NCBI GenBank assembly: GCA_964016885.1
Contig: OZ024763.1
Span: forward strand, 2,666,001 to 2,730,000
DNA length: 64,000 nucleotides
From: Eledone cirrhosa
Taxonomy: Eukaryota
Direction of reading: 5' to 3'
Each line of letters starts with the position of its first letter. Within the stretch, counting starts at the first letter, position 1. The notes under the pieces were generated by a model that saw only the letters and a program-made list of their open reading frames with translations, was not told where the DNA came from and ran no database searches. The translations under genes were made by a program, and so were the position numbers. Below, one piece after another: positions 14,766 through 29,144 of the stretch.

Positions 14766-16549
14766 AAAAAGAAGAAGAAGAATGTAGGGGTTGGAATAAG
14801 AACGGGGTGGCGATGGAAAAATTAGAAGCAGGGGAGGGAGGGTATTCAAAACCCCCACCCCCAGAGTAGGTGCATAAATTAACAAGGTTTTTTTTAATAT
14901 TGTCTGATATATTATGACAGGTATAACAACTCACTTTAATCTATTACTCTTTCACATTTTCACCTGTTCCTGCTGTGGCCATGCTGGGGCACTGCCATTG
15001 TTTGATAATGTAAACATTTGAAATGGAAAAAAAACTATATAAATCTACAAACAAACCCCTTGAACTTGTAAATAACGACAGTAACAACAACAACAACACC
15101 ACACAACTACAGTAACAACAACAACACCACACAACTACAGTAACAACAACAACACCACACAACTACAGTAACAACAACAACACCACACAACTACAGTAAC
15201 AACAACAACAACACCACACAACTACAACAGTAACAACAGTAACAACACCAACAATGACAACAGTAACAACAACAACAGTAACAACAACAATAGTAGCAAC
15301 AACAACACCAACAACAATAACAGAAACACTCCACCTGTTGTTTATGTTCCCCCTTTTTTTTCTCATTTATTTCTTACACACAGATACACACATGTGCATA
15401 TATACACACAGATACACACATGTGCATATATACACACAGATACACACATGATGTGTGTGCATATACACACACAAACACACCTTCGATGTGTGCATACACA
15501 CGCACACCTTACACGTGTGCATACATGCATACACACACACCACAAGCTCTTTATGTCAATCCAGGATTACCACCACCATCACCACCACCACTATCATCAC
15601 CACCACCACTATCATCACCACCACCACTATCATCATCACCATCACCATCACCATCATCACCACCATCACCATCACCACCCCACTATCATCATCACCACCA
15701 CCACCATCACCATCACCACCCCACTATCACCATCACCATCACCACCACCACCACTATCATCATCACCATCACCACCATCACCACCATCACCACCATCACC
15801 ACCACCACCACTGCTATCATCATCATCACCACCATCACCACCATCACCATCATCACTATCACCACCACCACCACCACCACCACCACCACCACCACCATCA
15901 CCACCATCACCAACAACACCACCAACAACAACAACACCACCATCACCACCATCACCACCATCACCATCATCACTATCACCACCACCACCACCACCACCAC
16001 CACCACCACCACCACCACCATCACCACCATCACCAACAACACCACCACCACCACCACCACCAACAACACCACCACCACTATCACATATCAAGATAAAAGG
16101 GGTGACTCATTCCTATATTTCTTTTGATAAAGGTATATATATTGGTGGAGGGGTGAGGGGGTGAGGGGGAGAGGTTGAAAGTGATAGGTAGTGGGAGGGG
16201 GGGGGGGCAGACAGGGGTCCCTGTTGTTGCATTTTTTATTGTTATGATTGCGAGAAAGATCTTTCCCTCCCTTACCCCCTGGCTTTTACTGTTGTCTTGT
16301 TGTTGTTGTTATTGGCGTTGGTGTTGTTGTTGTTGTTGTTATTGGCGTTGGTGTTGTTGTTGTTGTTATTTGTGCTGGTGTTGTTGTTGTTGTTATTGGC
16401 GTTGGTGTTGTTGTTGTTATTGTTATTGTTGTTGTTGTTGTTGTTGTTGTTAATGAAATAAATGGATATATATACAGTGTGTCCCCCCAAAATGTATAGA
16501 AACTTGGATTAGAATGCTGTTGAAGTGTGTATACATTTTTGGGGGACAC

Positions 16550-16622
<73 letters not shown>

Positions 16623-17294
16623 TATATATATATATATGTATATAATCTTCATGTATGTGTGTGTATGTTTGTGTGATGTGTGTGTATGTGTGTGTGATGT
16701 GTGTGTATGTGTGTGTGTGTGTGTGTTGTTGATGAGATCAATGAAAACTGCCTGCTGTGAACTGTCATTGATGAAGTATGTGTTGTGTTTTGGGGGGTGT
16801 ATATGGAGATGTGTGTTGTGCGTAGTGTGCGTTTTGGGGTGTGTATATGGAGGTGTGTGTTTTGGTGTGTGTATATGGAGATGTGTGTGTGTAGTGTGCG
16901 TTTTGGGGTGTGTGTATATGGAGATGTGTGTTGTGCGTAGTGTGTGTTTTGGTGTGTGTATATGGAGATGTGTGTTGTGCGTAGTGTGTGTTTTGGTGTG
17001 TGTATATGGAGATGTGTGTGTAGTGTGTGTTTTGGTGTGTGTATATGGAGATGTGTGTTGTGCGTAGTGTGCGTTTTGGGGTGTGTGTATATGGAGATGT
17101 GTGTTGTGCGTAGTGTGTGTTTTGGTGTGTGTGTGTGTGCAGTGTGTTTTGGTGTGTGTATATGGAGATGTGTGTGTTGTGTGGAGATGTATGTGGGGTG
17201 GTATGTAGAGATATTGTAGTGATAAATCTGTGAAGATGTAACAGGTTTCAAACCACTACCTTTGTGTATGTATGTATATATATGTGTGAGTGTT

Positions 17295-17342
<48 letters not shown>

Positions 17343-17523
17343 TATAACCAGGTTGCTAAAAGAATTAGTCACCTCTGCTTTTACTCATCAGATAAGGTGT
17401 CTTTCACCTCTACTACTCCCCACACACTGGTGTTTTATCCCCTACATATATATATACACATATATATACACATATGCATATATATATATACGCATATGTA
17501 TCTATACATACACACACACACAG

Positions 17524-17578
<55 letters not shown>

Positions 17579-17879
17579 GTGTCCCCAAAAATGTATACAC
17601 ACTTTTATTAAAATGCTGTTGAAGTGTGTATACACTTTTTGGGGACACTGTATTTACATTTTATATATATATATATATATTTGTGTATATATTTGTATAT
17701 ATATTTGTATATATATTCATATATATATGTGTATATATTCATATATATACATATATATATGTGTGGTTGGTTTTTTTAAAATGTAAATTCATCTTCCTAG
17801 TCTCCTCTGTCATAATACTTCAACCTGGTGCATTTAACTACTGACATCTGTTGATGCTGTTGTTGTTGTTGGTGCTGTT

Positions 17880-17910
<31 letters not shown>

Positions 17911-18133
17911 TTGTTGATGCTGCAGCTGCTGTTGTTGTTGTTGTTATTGCAGCTGCTGTTATTGCTGTTGTTGTTGTTGTTACTGCCAAACCTGTTGGAG
18001 TTCCCACTTAATTTTAGCCGTTGTTGTTTATGGAGAAGCCGAGACCATCCCATATTTTTGTATATCTTGGACTATATATATATATATATATATATATATT
18101 TAAAAAAATAGAGGTGTATTACACGAGTTGTGA

Positions 18134-18824
18134 TATATTAGTAAAAGGAAAAGGAAATGCTGACAAATTTTTCCCAGTGAAAAATAGTTTAATTAGGAAT
18201 AATTATAAACTAGTAATAAGTATTGGTTAGTATTCAGTTTTAGTTTTAAGTTTTTATCTAATCTCCAGATTAGAGCAAACATCACAAGCGCTCTATCTCA
18301 AAATTATTTTTGAAAAGCATTAGTAAAAGGAAAAGGAAATGCTGACAAATTTTTCCCAGTGAAAAATAGTTTAATTAGGAATAATTATAAACTAGTAATA
18401 AGTATTGGTTAGTATTCAGTTTTAGTTTTAAGTTTTTATCTAATCTCCAGATTAGAGCAAACATCACAAGCGCTCTATCTCAAAATTATTTTTGAAAAGC
18501 ATTAGAAATGCGCAACCGGTGAAAACTTAAAACTAAAACTGAATACTAACCATTACTTATTACTAATTCATACTTATTCCTAATTAAACTATTTTTCACT
18601 GGTAAAAATTTGTCAGCATTTCCTTTTCCTTTTACTAATGCTTTTCAAAAATAATTTTGAGATAGAGCGCTTGTGATGTTTGCTCTAATCTGGAGATTAG
18701 ATAAAAACTTAAAACTAAAACTGAATACTAACCAATACTAATTACTAGTTTATAATTATTCCTAATTAAACTATTTTTCACTGGGAAAAATTTGTCAGCA
18801 TTTTCTTTTCCTTTTACTAATATA
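18134..18824. repeat. ~690-bp compound palindrome of a 182-bp unit
   Basis: Two direct units (18137, 18319), a short centre near 18506-18521, then a partial and a full inverted unit. Confidence 0.9.
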
Positions 18825-18847
18825 TATATATATATATGAAAATGTTT

Positions 18848-19035
18848 GACCCCGACGGCAGAGTTCAAGCCGTTTCGATGGCTATTTCTGGACCAGAAAT
18901 AGCTGTCGAAACAGCTTGAGCTCTGCTGTCGGGGTCCTACTCGTTCCTATTACCCACTCTACTACCCTACGTATTGAGTACTCTGGTGCATTATGGTCCA
19001 TCTGGTTCCTTACCACACCTCCTTCGTTATATATA
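18848..19035 (+). mobile_element. Fold-back short element (second copy 23134-23245)
   Basis: Palindrome 18848-18936 contains tcGAAACagct. The body cctactcgttcctattacccactctactacccta-gtaTTGAGTAC is shared with the 23134 copy. TA flanks. Confidence 0.6.
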
Positions 19036-19776
19036 TAGGTAGGTAACACGGTAAACATCTCCCAGCCCCACACTGTAAATGTGGTTGGTGTTAGGAAGGG
19101 CATCCAACTGTAGAAAACCCGCCAGACAGTCCTATGCGAGCAAGACAACCACTCTTGCCTCAAGTGGGAAAACTCCCGTCCAAACCCATGCAAGCGTGGA
19201 ACACGGACGTTAAACGATGATGATGATGATGATATCCAGAGAGTGTAACTTGGAGTTACTGTAGGTTCACCCGGGTGAGCACTCGATGTTTAGGTCCCCT
19301 TCAGTGTTGAGATGTAGAGCTATACAGAGTGTATTATAATGAAATAAAATAACAAGGACGATTGGTTACTCCTTCATTACCTTTATTGGTTGGTGACGCA
19401 CGTCACCAACCTATAAACATAATGAAGGAGTAACCAATTGTCCTTGTTATCTTATTTTACTATATATATATATATTTCCCAGTCTTTCATTCACAAAAGT
19501 GCAATTTGAGTGAATTCTGGCTACTATTTCTAGCATGTTGTATAACCATATAGTGACTACATCCTTGACTTATGTTGTTATTCCAGGCACCAGTGCTTAT
19601 GTTCTTGTTTATAGTGGCCTGGCTTAGGCTGGCTTAGGCTTGGTTCTAGGTTGGTTATCATCATCATCATTTAATGTCCATCTTCCACACTAGCATGGGC
19701 TGGACGGGTTTGTCCCACTTGAGGCAAGAAGGTCAGGTGACCATGTCTTGCTCGTATAGAACTGTTTCTGGCTGGT

Positions 19777-19841
<65 letters not shown>

Positions 19842-19914
19842 ATATTTGGGGAGGGTCATTGTAATAGTATTACCAGAAATAATAATACAACACACTCACT
19901 GTTTGGTTTGAGTT

Positions 19915-20485
19915 GGAGGCACATGGCTTAGTGGTTAGAGCATTGGCCTTGCAATTGAAAGGTTGTGAGTTCAATTCTCAGACCAGGTGATGTGTTGTGT
20001 CCTTGAGCAAGACACTTTATTTCACATTGCTCCAGTTTACTCAGCTGTAGAAATGAGATGATAGGGACTGGGGTCCCTATCATTCCACTGCAAAGTGGTC
20101 GTGGAGGTGCCACAGCAAAAAAGCACCCAGCCCACACTGTAAAGTGGACGAGGAGGTGTCATGACAAAAAAGCACCCAGCCCACACTGTAAAGTGGACGA
20201 GGAGGTGCCATGGCAAAAAAGCACCCAGCCCACACTGTAAAGTGGACGTGGAGGTGCCACGGCAAAAAAGCACCCAGCCCACACTGTAAAGTGGTCGTGG
20301 AGGTGCCACGGCAAAAAAGCACCCAGCCCACACTGTAAAGTGGACGTGGATGTGCCACAGCAAAAAAAGCACCCAGCCCACACTGTAAATGAGGTTGGTG
20401 TTAGGAAGGGCATCAAGCCAGAATCAGTTCCCGTCCCACCCTTGCAAGCAGGGAAAAGTGGACGTAAAATGATGATGATGATGAT
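19915..20485 (+). mobile_element. tRNA-derived CORE-type SINE, full length, with internal 49-bp tandem expansion
   Basis: A box TGGCTTAGTGG and B box GAGTTCAATTC. The segment ccttgagcaagacacttt...ccagtttactcagctgtagaaatgagatgata resembles the MIR/CORE domain. RTE-type tail with (ATG)n. Confidence 0.85.
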
Positions 20486-21109
20486 ATATAAAAGCAAGTC
20501 GGTCTGTGTGTGTGTGTGTGTGTATCTGTCTGTGTATAAATACTAAGCTCCTTTTAACTTTTGAAGTACGAGGCCGATTTCAACCAAATTTGACACACAT
20601 ATTGGGGCCGAAAAATCGATTTTGTGTGTGTATCTGTCTGTGTACAAATACTAGGCTCCTTTTAACTTTTGAAGTACTAGGCCAATTTGGCATGTGCTAT
20701 TGAGGCAACCTCTCATTGGCTAGCCAATTAGCTGACAGAAGCTGACATGCACTCAGAAATTGCTAGCTAAGCCATAAACGACCTTGAACAATTCGCCTGA
20801 TTGAAGGTCGCGATTTCTAATTGGACTATGCAACTAACATTAGTCAACATCACTGAACATATACCATGCATATTCCTGTGAGAAATACGTTTGATAGCAC
20901 GACGTTACTCGCGTCTATTAACCCAAGCTACCCCATGAATTGTTATGTTGCCGTTTATTTCACTCAATCATGTCACTGTACACCCATCTTGTTAAACATT
21001 TTTTTACAATTACATTTCAATTCTTTGCTCAACCTTTGGCTCTCTTTATACGGACAAACAGGCTGTCATTCATTTCCCGAGAAACGCCGGGTACATCTGC
21101 TAGTATATA

Positions 21110-21290
21110 TAATATAGAAATGGCTTCTACACGACTAGAACTGTTTCATTTGAAGGAAATGTCCTGATGATTTCCTTTGAATGAAACAGTTCTAGTCCTG
21201 GAGAAGCCATTTCTATATTAAACTTGTATACTCTGCTATGTATTGAGTACCTTACTTACTGTGGTTACCCCCGATTGAACCTGGGACTTA
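21110..21290 (+). mobile_element. Fold-back HHR-like element (second copy ~58857-59025)
   Basis: Palindrome 21110-21220 contains CTGATGA...GAAAC...GTC, followed by TTGAGTAC at 21243 and the 3' end gttacccc-gattgaacctggga shared with the 58857 copy. Confidence 0.6.
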
Positions 21291-21591
21291 CACACACACA
21301 GACATTTATATATGTGATGATGATTCTGGTGGTGGTGGTGGTTGGTGGTTGGTGGTGGTGGTGGTGGTAGTTGGTGGTGGTGGTGGTGGTGGTTGGTGGT
21401 GGTGATGGTGGTGGTGGTTGGTGATGATGACAATGATGTCAATGATAGTGATGATGATGATGATGATAGTGATAGCTAAGAAAACAGTTATTACATAAGA
21501 AGTAAGAGTTAATAAGAGACAGTTGAGTAGAGTGTAATAAGTAGTAAACTAGTAGTAGTAGTAGTAGTAGCATCAGTTGTAATAGTAACAT

Positions 21592-21627
<36 letters not shown>

Positions 21628-22675
21628 CATCAGAAGTAGTAATAGTAACATTAGTAGTAGTAGTAATAGTAGTAGTAGTAGCATCAGAAGTAGTAATAGT
21701 AACATTAGTAGTAGTAGTAGTAGTAGTAGTAGTAACATTAATAGTAGTAGTAGTAGTAACATTAATAGTAGTAGTAGTAGTAACATTAGTAGTAGTAGTA
21801 GTAACATTAGTAGTAGTAGTAGTAGCATTAGAAGTAGTAATAGTAACATTAATATTAGTAGTAGTAGTAACATTAATAGTAGTAGTAGTAGTAGTAGTAG
21901 TAACATTAGTAGTAATAGTAGTAGTAACATTAATAGTAGTAGTAGTAGTAGTAGTAGTAACATTAGTAGTAATAGTAGTAGTAACATTAGTAGTAATAGT
22001 AGTAGTAACATTAGTAGTAATAGTAGTAGTAACATTAGTAGTAGCAGTAACATTAGTAGTAATAGTAGTAGTAACATTAGTAGTAATAGTAGTAGTAACA
22101 TTAGTAGTAATTAGTAGTAGTAGTAGTAGTAGTAACATTAGTAGTAATAGTAGTAGTAACATTAGTAGTAGTAGTAACATTAGTAGTAATAGTAGTAGTA
22201 GTAACATTAGTAGTAATAGTAACATTAACATTAGTAGTAGTAGTAACATTAGTAGTAGTAGTAGCAATAGTAGTATTTTCAACTAGTACCACAGTAAGTA
22301 GTAACTAGTTGTATATATTCCACAGTAGATGAGGTAAAGACATTACTAAACTACTAAAACAACATTACTATTTATATAAACTAGTTTAAATGAACAACAT
22401 ATGATTTGGACTGCGTATAGGGGTTCATATATATGTGTGGGTGGGTGTGTGTGTGTGTATGTGTCTGGGTGTGTGTGTGTGTGTATATATGTGTGTGTCT
22501 ATGTATATATATATATGTGTGTCTGTATATATATATATATATGTGTGTGTGTGTCGGTCTATATATATGTGTGTGTGTCTGTATATTTATGTGTGTGTGT
22601 GTGTGTGTATATATGGGTTTATATATGTGTGTGTGTTTATATATATATATGTGCACATACACATATAAACACAAT

Positions 22676-22706
<31 letters not shown>

Positions 22707-22789
22707 GGGTGTATATAATTTGGACTATATATGAAATAACACAGAAACCCAATAACCATGACTATCACATGAGCATTGTAAGATACCAA

Positions 22790-22840
<51 letters not shown>

Positions 22841-22856
22841 TGTGTGTGTATATATA

Positions 22857-22911
<55 letters not shown>

Positions 22912-23103
22912 CACAAATTTAAATTTTGAAGACCATCACAATGCGTTATGAAGATTGTTAAATTGCCAAGATAATAAAAGAATCTTACCTTGGCAAATTT
23001 AATGATCTCAAATATTTTGGGGTTTAAAAACCCATTATCAAGGGAGTGTTCTTATGAGAGAATATAAATTTGTGTTTTCTATTAAACAATGCTTCAAGCA
23101 AGC

Positions 23104-23136
<33 letters not shown>

Positions 23137-23241
23137 GGAACGAGTAGGTGTCCTACTCGTTCCTATTACCCACTCTACTACCCTAAGTATTGAGTACTTT
23201 GGTGCGTTATGGTCCACCTGGTTCCTTGCCACATTTCCTTC

Positions 23242-23293
<52 letters not shown>

Positions 23294-23327
23294 TATTTTT
23301 TTTTTTTAATGTTTGACTGTTTCTATG

Positions 23328-23550
23328 TCATCATCATCATCATTTCATTTTACGTCCGCTTTTTCCCTGCTTGCAAGGGTCGGACGGGAACTGATGCTGG
23401 CTTGATTTCTACAGCTGGATGCCCTTCCTAACACCAACCTCATTTACAGTGAGTGCTGGGTGCTTTTTTGCCGTGGCACCTCCACGACCACTTTGCAGTG
23501 GAATGATAGGGACCCCAGTCCCTATCATCTCATTTCTACAGCTGAGTAAA

Positions 23551-23552
<2 letters not shown>
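23328..23552 (-). mobile_element. 5'-truncated CORE-type SINE
   Basis: Tail and body match the 47823 family; the head is missing. Confidence 0.8.
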
Positions 23553-23585
<33 letters not shown>

Positions 23586-23660
23586 GTTAAGACAGGATTA
23601 CTTTTATATAATTGTTTTATCACATAATATATATTTCAGTGACATGGTTATGTAATGGTA

Positions 23661-23950
23661 ATGACTTTCAGAAACATTTTTTCACGCTCAGATTTGCTAA
23701 AGCATGGAACAAACTACCTGCATCGGTTGTTAGCTGTCGAGACACTGCATCCTTTAAGGCCTCCATGCTTCCCGAGATCTGCCAAGACTACAGCTAATGT
23801 TCCCCCTCCATACACATACACACGTGTATACCATGACACTGTTCACTTCCCTGACATTTGTGTATTATTCTATGTACTATACATACACCTTTGACAAGTT
23901 GTAGTGCACCTGAGCACTTTACACAATAATTTCATTATTATTATTATTAT
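23661..23950 (+). mobile_element. CR1/L2-group LINE 3' end (UTR-only copy at ~5926-6103)
   Basis: Peptide DFQKHFFTLRFAKAWNKLPASVVSCRDTASFK plus the same UTR and (ATT)n tail. Confidence 0.85.
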
Positions 23951-24006
23951 ATCATTGACAATCTCCATGTGACATCATCAGATGCTCATACAATTATAAG
24001 GTGTTG

Positions 24007-24065
<59 letters not shown>

Positions 24066-24572
24066 CAACATGATAAATTCTGACCTTGCACACTTGCACC
24101 TCTCTAAGACAATGTCACTGGATCGTGATCTCTGGCACCATGCAGTAATTCAGAAGACCCGCCTTCCCTGCGTGCAAAGTTAACTTACTGTCAGTAGGCC
24201 CCTCCTAAATATATATACACCCAACCCTCTACCCCTACTCCATCCTCCCACTCCCGCCAACACCACCCTTTCTCTATAAAGTTATGTTGGTACCACAACA
24301 TCCAGTCCAAACTAATGAGGTCATGTAGGTGTCACGACAAAAGAAAACACAGTCCATGCTGTAATGTGGCCGTGTAGGTAACACGGTAAAAAAGCTCCCA
24401 GTCCACACTGTAAATGTGGTTGGTGTTAGGAAGGGCATCCAGCCGTAGAAAACCTGCCAGATAGTCCTATACGAGCGAGACATGGTCACCCGACCGATCT
24501 TGCCTCAAGTAGGACAATCCTGTCTAACCCATGCTAGCGTGGAAGATAGACGTTAAACAATGATGATGATGA
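24066..24572 (+). mobile_element. RTE LINE 3' end with long 3' UTR (relative of 50835)
   Basis: Peptide MINSDLAHLHLSKTMSLDRDLWHHAVIQKTRL*, followed by the same UTR layout as 50835. Confidence 0.8.
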
Positions 24573-24669
24573 TTACATCTTCAAAATATCATTTCTGTAT
24601 AAGCAAGACATGGTCACCTGACTTAGCATTGCTCACAACAGGACAACTCTTATAACACATGCTAGCCAA

Positions 24670-25406
24670 TTTAAACCGGTCATATCCATTCAGAATTCCC
24701 TCACCTCTTTCTGTTCAAACCTGCTATAACTGGCTGTAACTGGCCACTCATACTGATGTTAAGGTATTGTTCTCAAAATAAATAACATCAAAATCTCATA
24801 GAATTCCCTCACCTCTTTCTGTTCAAACCTGCTATAACTGGCTGTAACTGGCCACTCATACTGATGTTAAGGTGTTGTTCTCAAAATAAATAACATCAAA
24901 ATCTCATAGAATTCCCTCACCTCTTTCTGTTCAAACCTGCTATAACTGGCTGTAACTGGCCACTCATACTGATGTTAAGGTATTGTTCTCAAAATAAATA
25001 ACATCAAAATCTTATAGAATTCCCTCACTTCTTTCTGTTCAAACCTGCTATAACTGGCTGTAACTGTCCACTCATACTGATGTTAAGGTATTGTTCTCAA
25101 AATAAATAACATCAAAATCTCATAGAATTCCCTCACTTCTTTCTGTTCAAACCTGCTATAACTGGCTGTAACTGGCCACTCATACTGATGTTAAGGTATT
25201 GTTCTCAAAATAAATAACATCAAAATCTCATAGAATTCCCTCACCTCTTTCTGTTCAAACCTGCTATAACTGGCTGTAACTGGCCACTCATACTGATGTT
25301 AAGGTGTTGTTCTCAAAATAAATAACATCAAAATCTCATAGATTCAATATTATGAGGTAATTATGTGTGATAAAACCTTTACCACAAAAATACAATAGTG
25401 TATATA

Positions 25407-25410
<4 letters not shown>
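24670..25410 (-). mobile_element. Same TTAA-type MITE with six copies of a different 108-bp unit
   Basis: Period 108, units starting at 24692, 24800, 24908, 25016, 25124 and 25232. The unit equals the single-copy body at ~56671-56779 (reverse complement). Confidence 0.75.
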
Positions 25411-25438
<28 letters not shown>

Positions 25439-25809
25439 AGATTCAGGACCCCAATGGCTGAGCTCCATTCAGATCTAGCTGTCGAGACAGCCAAAGCTCG
25501 GCCATTATCTATCTGTATCTATTGATCAATTTGTGAAACTATATAGTTTATGTCTATTGAACTATCTCTGTTTGACCAATTGTTTTTCTATCTATCTATC
25601 TATCTATCTGACTATCTGTCTATCCCTCTTTCTTTGAGTCTATATTACTCCCCCCTCTCTCTCTCTATCTATGTATATATATATGTATATATATATATAC
25701 ACATGTATATATATATATATATATATATCCTGTCTATATATCGCAATAAATAATAATACCACATTGTTTGTGTTCCAGAAATCTGTGACTCAGAGCCAAA
25801 AAGTTGTAT

Positions 25810-25916
<107 letters not shown>

Positions 25917-26194
25917 CATATATATATGTCTGTATGTATCTATGTACGTATATGTATGTATATATATATATCTGTGTGTGTATATATATATGTATATATA
26001 TATGTATATATATATGTGTGTGTGTGTATACATATATATGTGTGTGTGTGTATACATATATATGTGTGTGTGTGTATACATATATATGTGTGTGTGTGTA
26101 TACATATATATGTGTGTGTGTGCATACATATATATATGTGTGTGTGTATACATATATATATGTCTGTGTGTATGTATGTATATATATATATATA

Positions 26195-26242
<48 letters not shown>

Positions 26243-26895
26243 GTGACTCTAACATAACCTGTTCTGCTGATCTGTAGCTCAGACATAAACAAATATGATT
26301 TATTATGGTTCCATCAATGTAAACAAGTAATTATATAATCACAAGAATTGCAGTTAATTCCATTTCCAAACTCTACACTGGATATACTGGGGAATTAATC
26401 ACATATATATATATATGTATATATATATGTGATTATATATGTATATATATGTATGTATATATGTATATATATATATATGTATGTATATATGTATATATAT
26501 ATATATGTATGTATATATGTATATATGTATATATATATATATATGTATATATGTATATATATATATGTATGTATATATGTATATATATATATGTATGTAT
26601 ATATGTATATATATATATATGTATGTATATATGTATATATATATGTATGTATATATGTATATATGTATATATATATATGTATGTATATATGTATATATGT
26701 ATGTATATATGTATATGTATATGTATGTATATATGTATGTATATATATATATATATGTGTATATGTATATATATATGTGTATATATATATGTGTATATGT
26801 GTATGTACATATGTATATAAATATATATATGTATATATGTATATGTATATGTATATATATATGTTCATATGTATATATATATATATATGTATATA

Positions 26896-27032
<137 letters not shown>

Positions 27033-27135
27033 TCATTTTCATGTTTATTTCCACATTTGCTTGTGTTAACACTTTGGTGACCGCAGTGCAAGGCTAGAAT
27101 TTCTTCTCCTCCTCATTCTTCTTCTTATTTGCCTT

Positions 27136-27166
<31 letters not shown>

Positions 27167-27239
27167 TTTGCCTTCTTCTTCTTCTTCTTCTTCTTATTTG
27201 CCTTCTTCTTCTTCTTCTTCTTCTTCTTCTTTGCCTTCT

Positions 27240-27543
27240 AAACCCCGAGCAAGATGGTTGGATAATATCCGTAAACTTAGCTGGTCTTACTTGGGGATCC
27301 AGCCGGATCAGTTGGAGAGAGTTGCTTCCGACAAGACCTGCTGGAAGGGATATTTGAGTGCTCTGCCCCCACGGCCCCTCCTAGGAAGAAGTGGTGGACC
27401 CAGAGGTACACCGTGAACAAGATTGTTGGATAACATCCATGAGCTTGGCTGGTCTTGCTTGGAGATGGTAGCTTCTAGAAGGAGAGTTTGAGGACTCTGC
27501 TGTCCCAAGACCTTCACAGGAATAAGTGGAAGAAGAAGAAGAG
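27240..27543 (+). mobile_element. Two tandem RTE 3'-end fragments with (GAA)n tail
   Basis: Peptide KPRARWLDNIRKLSWSYLGIQPDQLERVASDKTCWK, followed by a second degenerate copy (ttggataacatccatgagcttggctgg) ending gaagaagaag. Confidence 0.7.
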
Positions 27544-28391
27544 GTCTCAGAGATGCTGGAAGGAAGAGAGTTAAGAACCCAAACAGGATGAAATTCCTTC
27601 ATTGTTTTTCCCATTAGCAGTTAGAATTCTGAGAGATAAAATCAACTTCCCACAATATACTATATACACCAAAATTTATCAGTCGGTGTATCTGTAACCT
27701 GTCGCATTTGTTCCACTTTAAATATCAGAAGAAAGGAAGGAACTACCATTTGTTTTAGAAAACAAAGACCCAGGGAGGGAAATGGTGTGGTTTTACATAT
27801 TTAGCCACACAAGCAACAAGTAATTGCAGGATACTTAAAGAAATAGGAAAAGGAATTTTTAATGATCTTAAAAGACCAGTGAATATCATCATCATCATAT
27901 CTTGATAACAAAGCATTCCTCTAGTGTTTTTAGATTTCAATTTTGATTAAGATTAGCTGTGTGGGGTGGGGGTAAAAATAAAAGAATTATAATGCAGAGA
28001 AAGGTTTACAATGAAGCCCTTGCCCTCCCCCCCTCCTTGTTTTCATTCCCACCTTTTCAATCCCTTGAAACCCGTTCAACATGAGGTGTGGTGGGTAGTT
28101 TTTATAGATTTTTTGTCGTGTCACCTACACAACCACTTTACAGTGTGGACTGGGGGGCTTTTTGTCGTGTCACCTACATGACCACTTTACAGGGTGGACT
28201 GAGTACCTTTTGTCGTATCACCTACTACAACCACTTTGCAGTGTGGACTGGGTACTTTTTGTTGTGACAACTACACAACCACTTTGCAGTCTGGACTGGG
28301 TACTTTTTGTTGTGACACCTACACAACCACTTTACTGTGTGGACTGGGTACCTTTTGTCATGGCACCTACATGACCACTTTACAGTGAGTA

Positions 28392-29144
28392 AAGAATTCT
28401 CTCACCTTTCTCTGTTCCAACCGGCCATAACCAGTCGCTCATACTTATGTTAAGGTATTGTTCTCAAAATAAATAACATCAAAATCCCGTAGCTTCAGTA
28501 TTATGTGAGGTAAAGCCTTTACTGTGAAAATACAATAGTATATATAGAGTAATGTAAATGTTATGTGAGATATTATGTGAGGTAAAGCCTTTACTGTGAA
28601 AATACAATAGTATATATAGAGTAATGTAAATGTTATGTGAGATATTATATGAGGTAAAGCCTTTACTGTGAAAATACAATAGTATATAAAGAGTAATGTA
28701 AATGTTATGTGAGATATTATGTGAGGTAAAGCCTTTACTGTGACAATACAATAGTATATATAGAGTAATGTAAATGGTATGTGAGATATTATGTGAGGTA
28801 AAGCCTTTACTGTGAAAATACAATAGTATATATAGAGTAATGTAAATGTTATGTGAGATATTATGTGAGGTAAAGCCTTTACTGTGAAAATACAATAGTA
28901 TATATAGAGTAATGTAAATGTTATGTGAGATATTATGTGAGGTAAAGCCCTTACTGTGAAAATACAATAGTATATATAGAGTAATGTAAATGTTATGTGA
29001 GATATTATGTGAGGTAAAGCCTTTACTGTGAAAATACAATAGTATATATAGAGTAATGTAAATGTTATGTGAGATATTATGTGAGGTAAAGCCTTTACTG
29101 TGAAAATACAATAGTATATATAGAGTAATGTAAATAGTAAAGGG
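28392..29144 (-). mobile_element. Same TTAA-type MITE with ~9 copies of the 72-bp unit
   Basis: Reverse-complement array ~28500-29135 ending taaatagtaaaggg-TTAA at 29145. Confidence 0.75.

Noticed and set aside
17838-18053. Possible poly-Asn/Gln host exon
   Set aside because: It is short, the Gln frame has stops, and I see no convincing splice sites or homology. It cannot be excluded without RNA data.
19915-19990. tRNA gene
   Set aside because: A and B boxes are present, but the sequence continues into a CORE domain and LINE tail and recurs five times, so it is a SINE head. A more degenerate head lies near 13105-13160.
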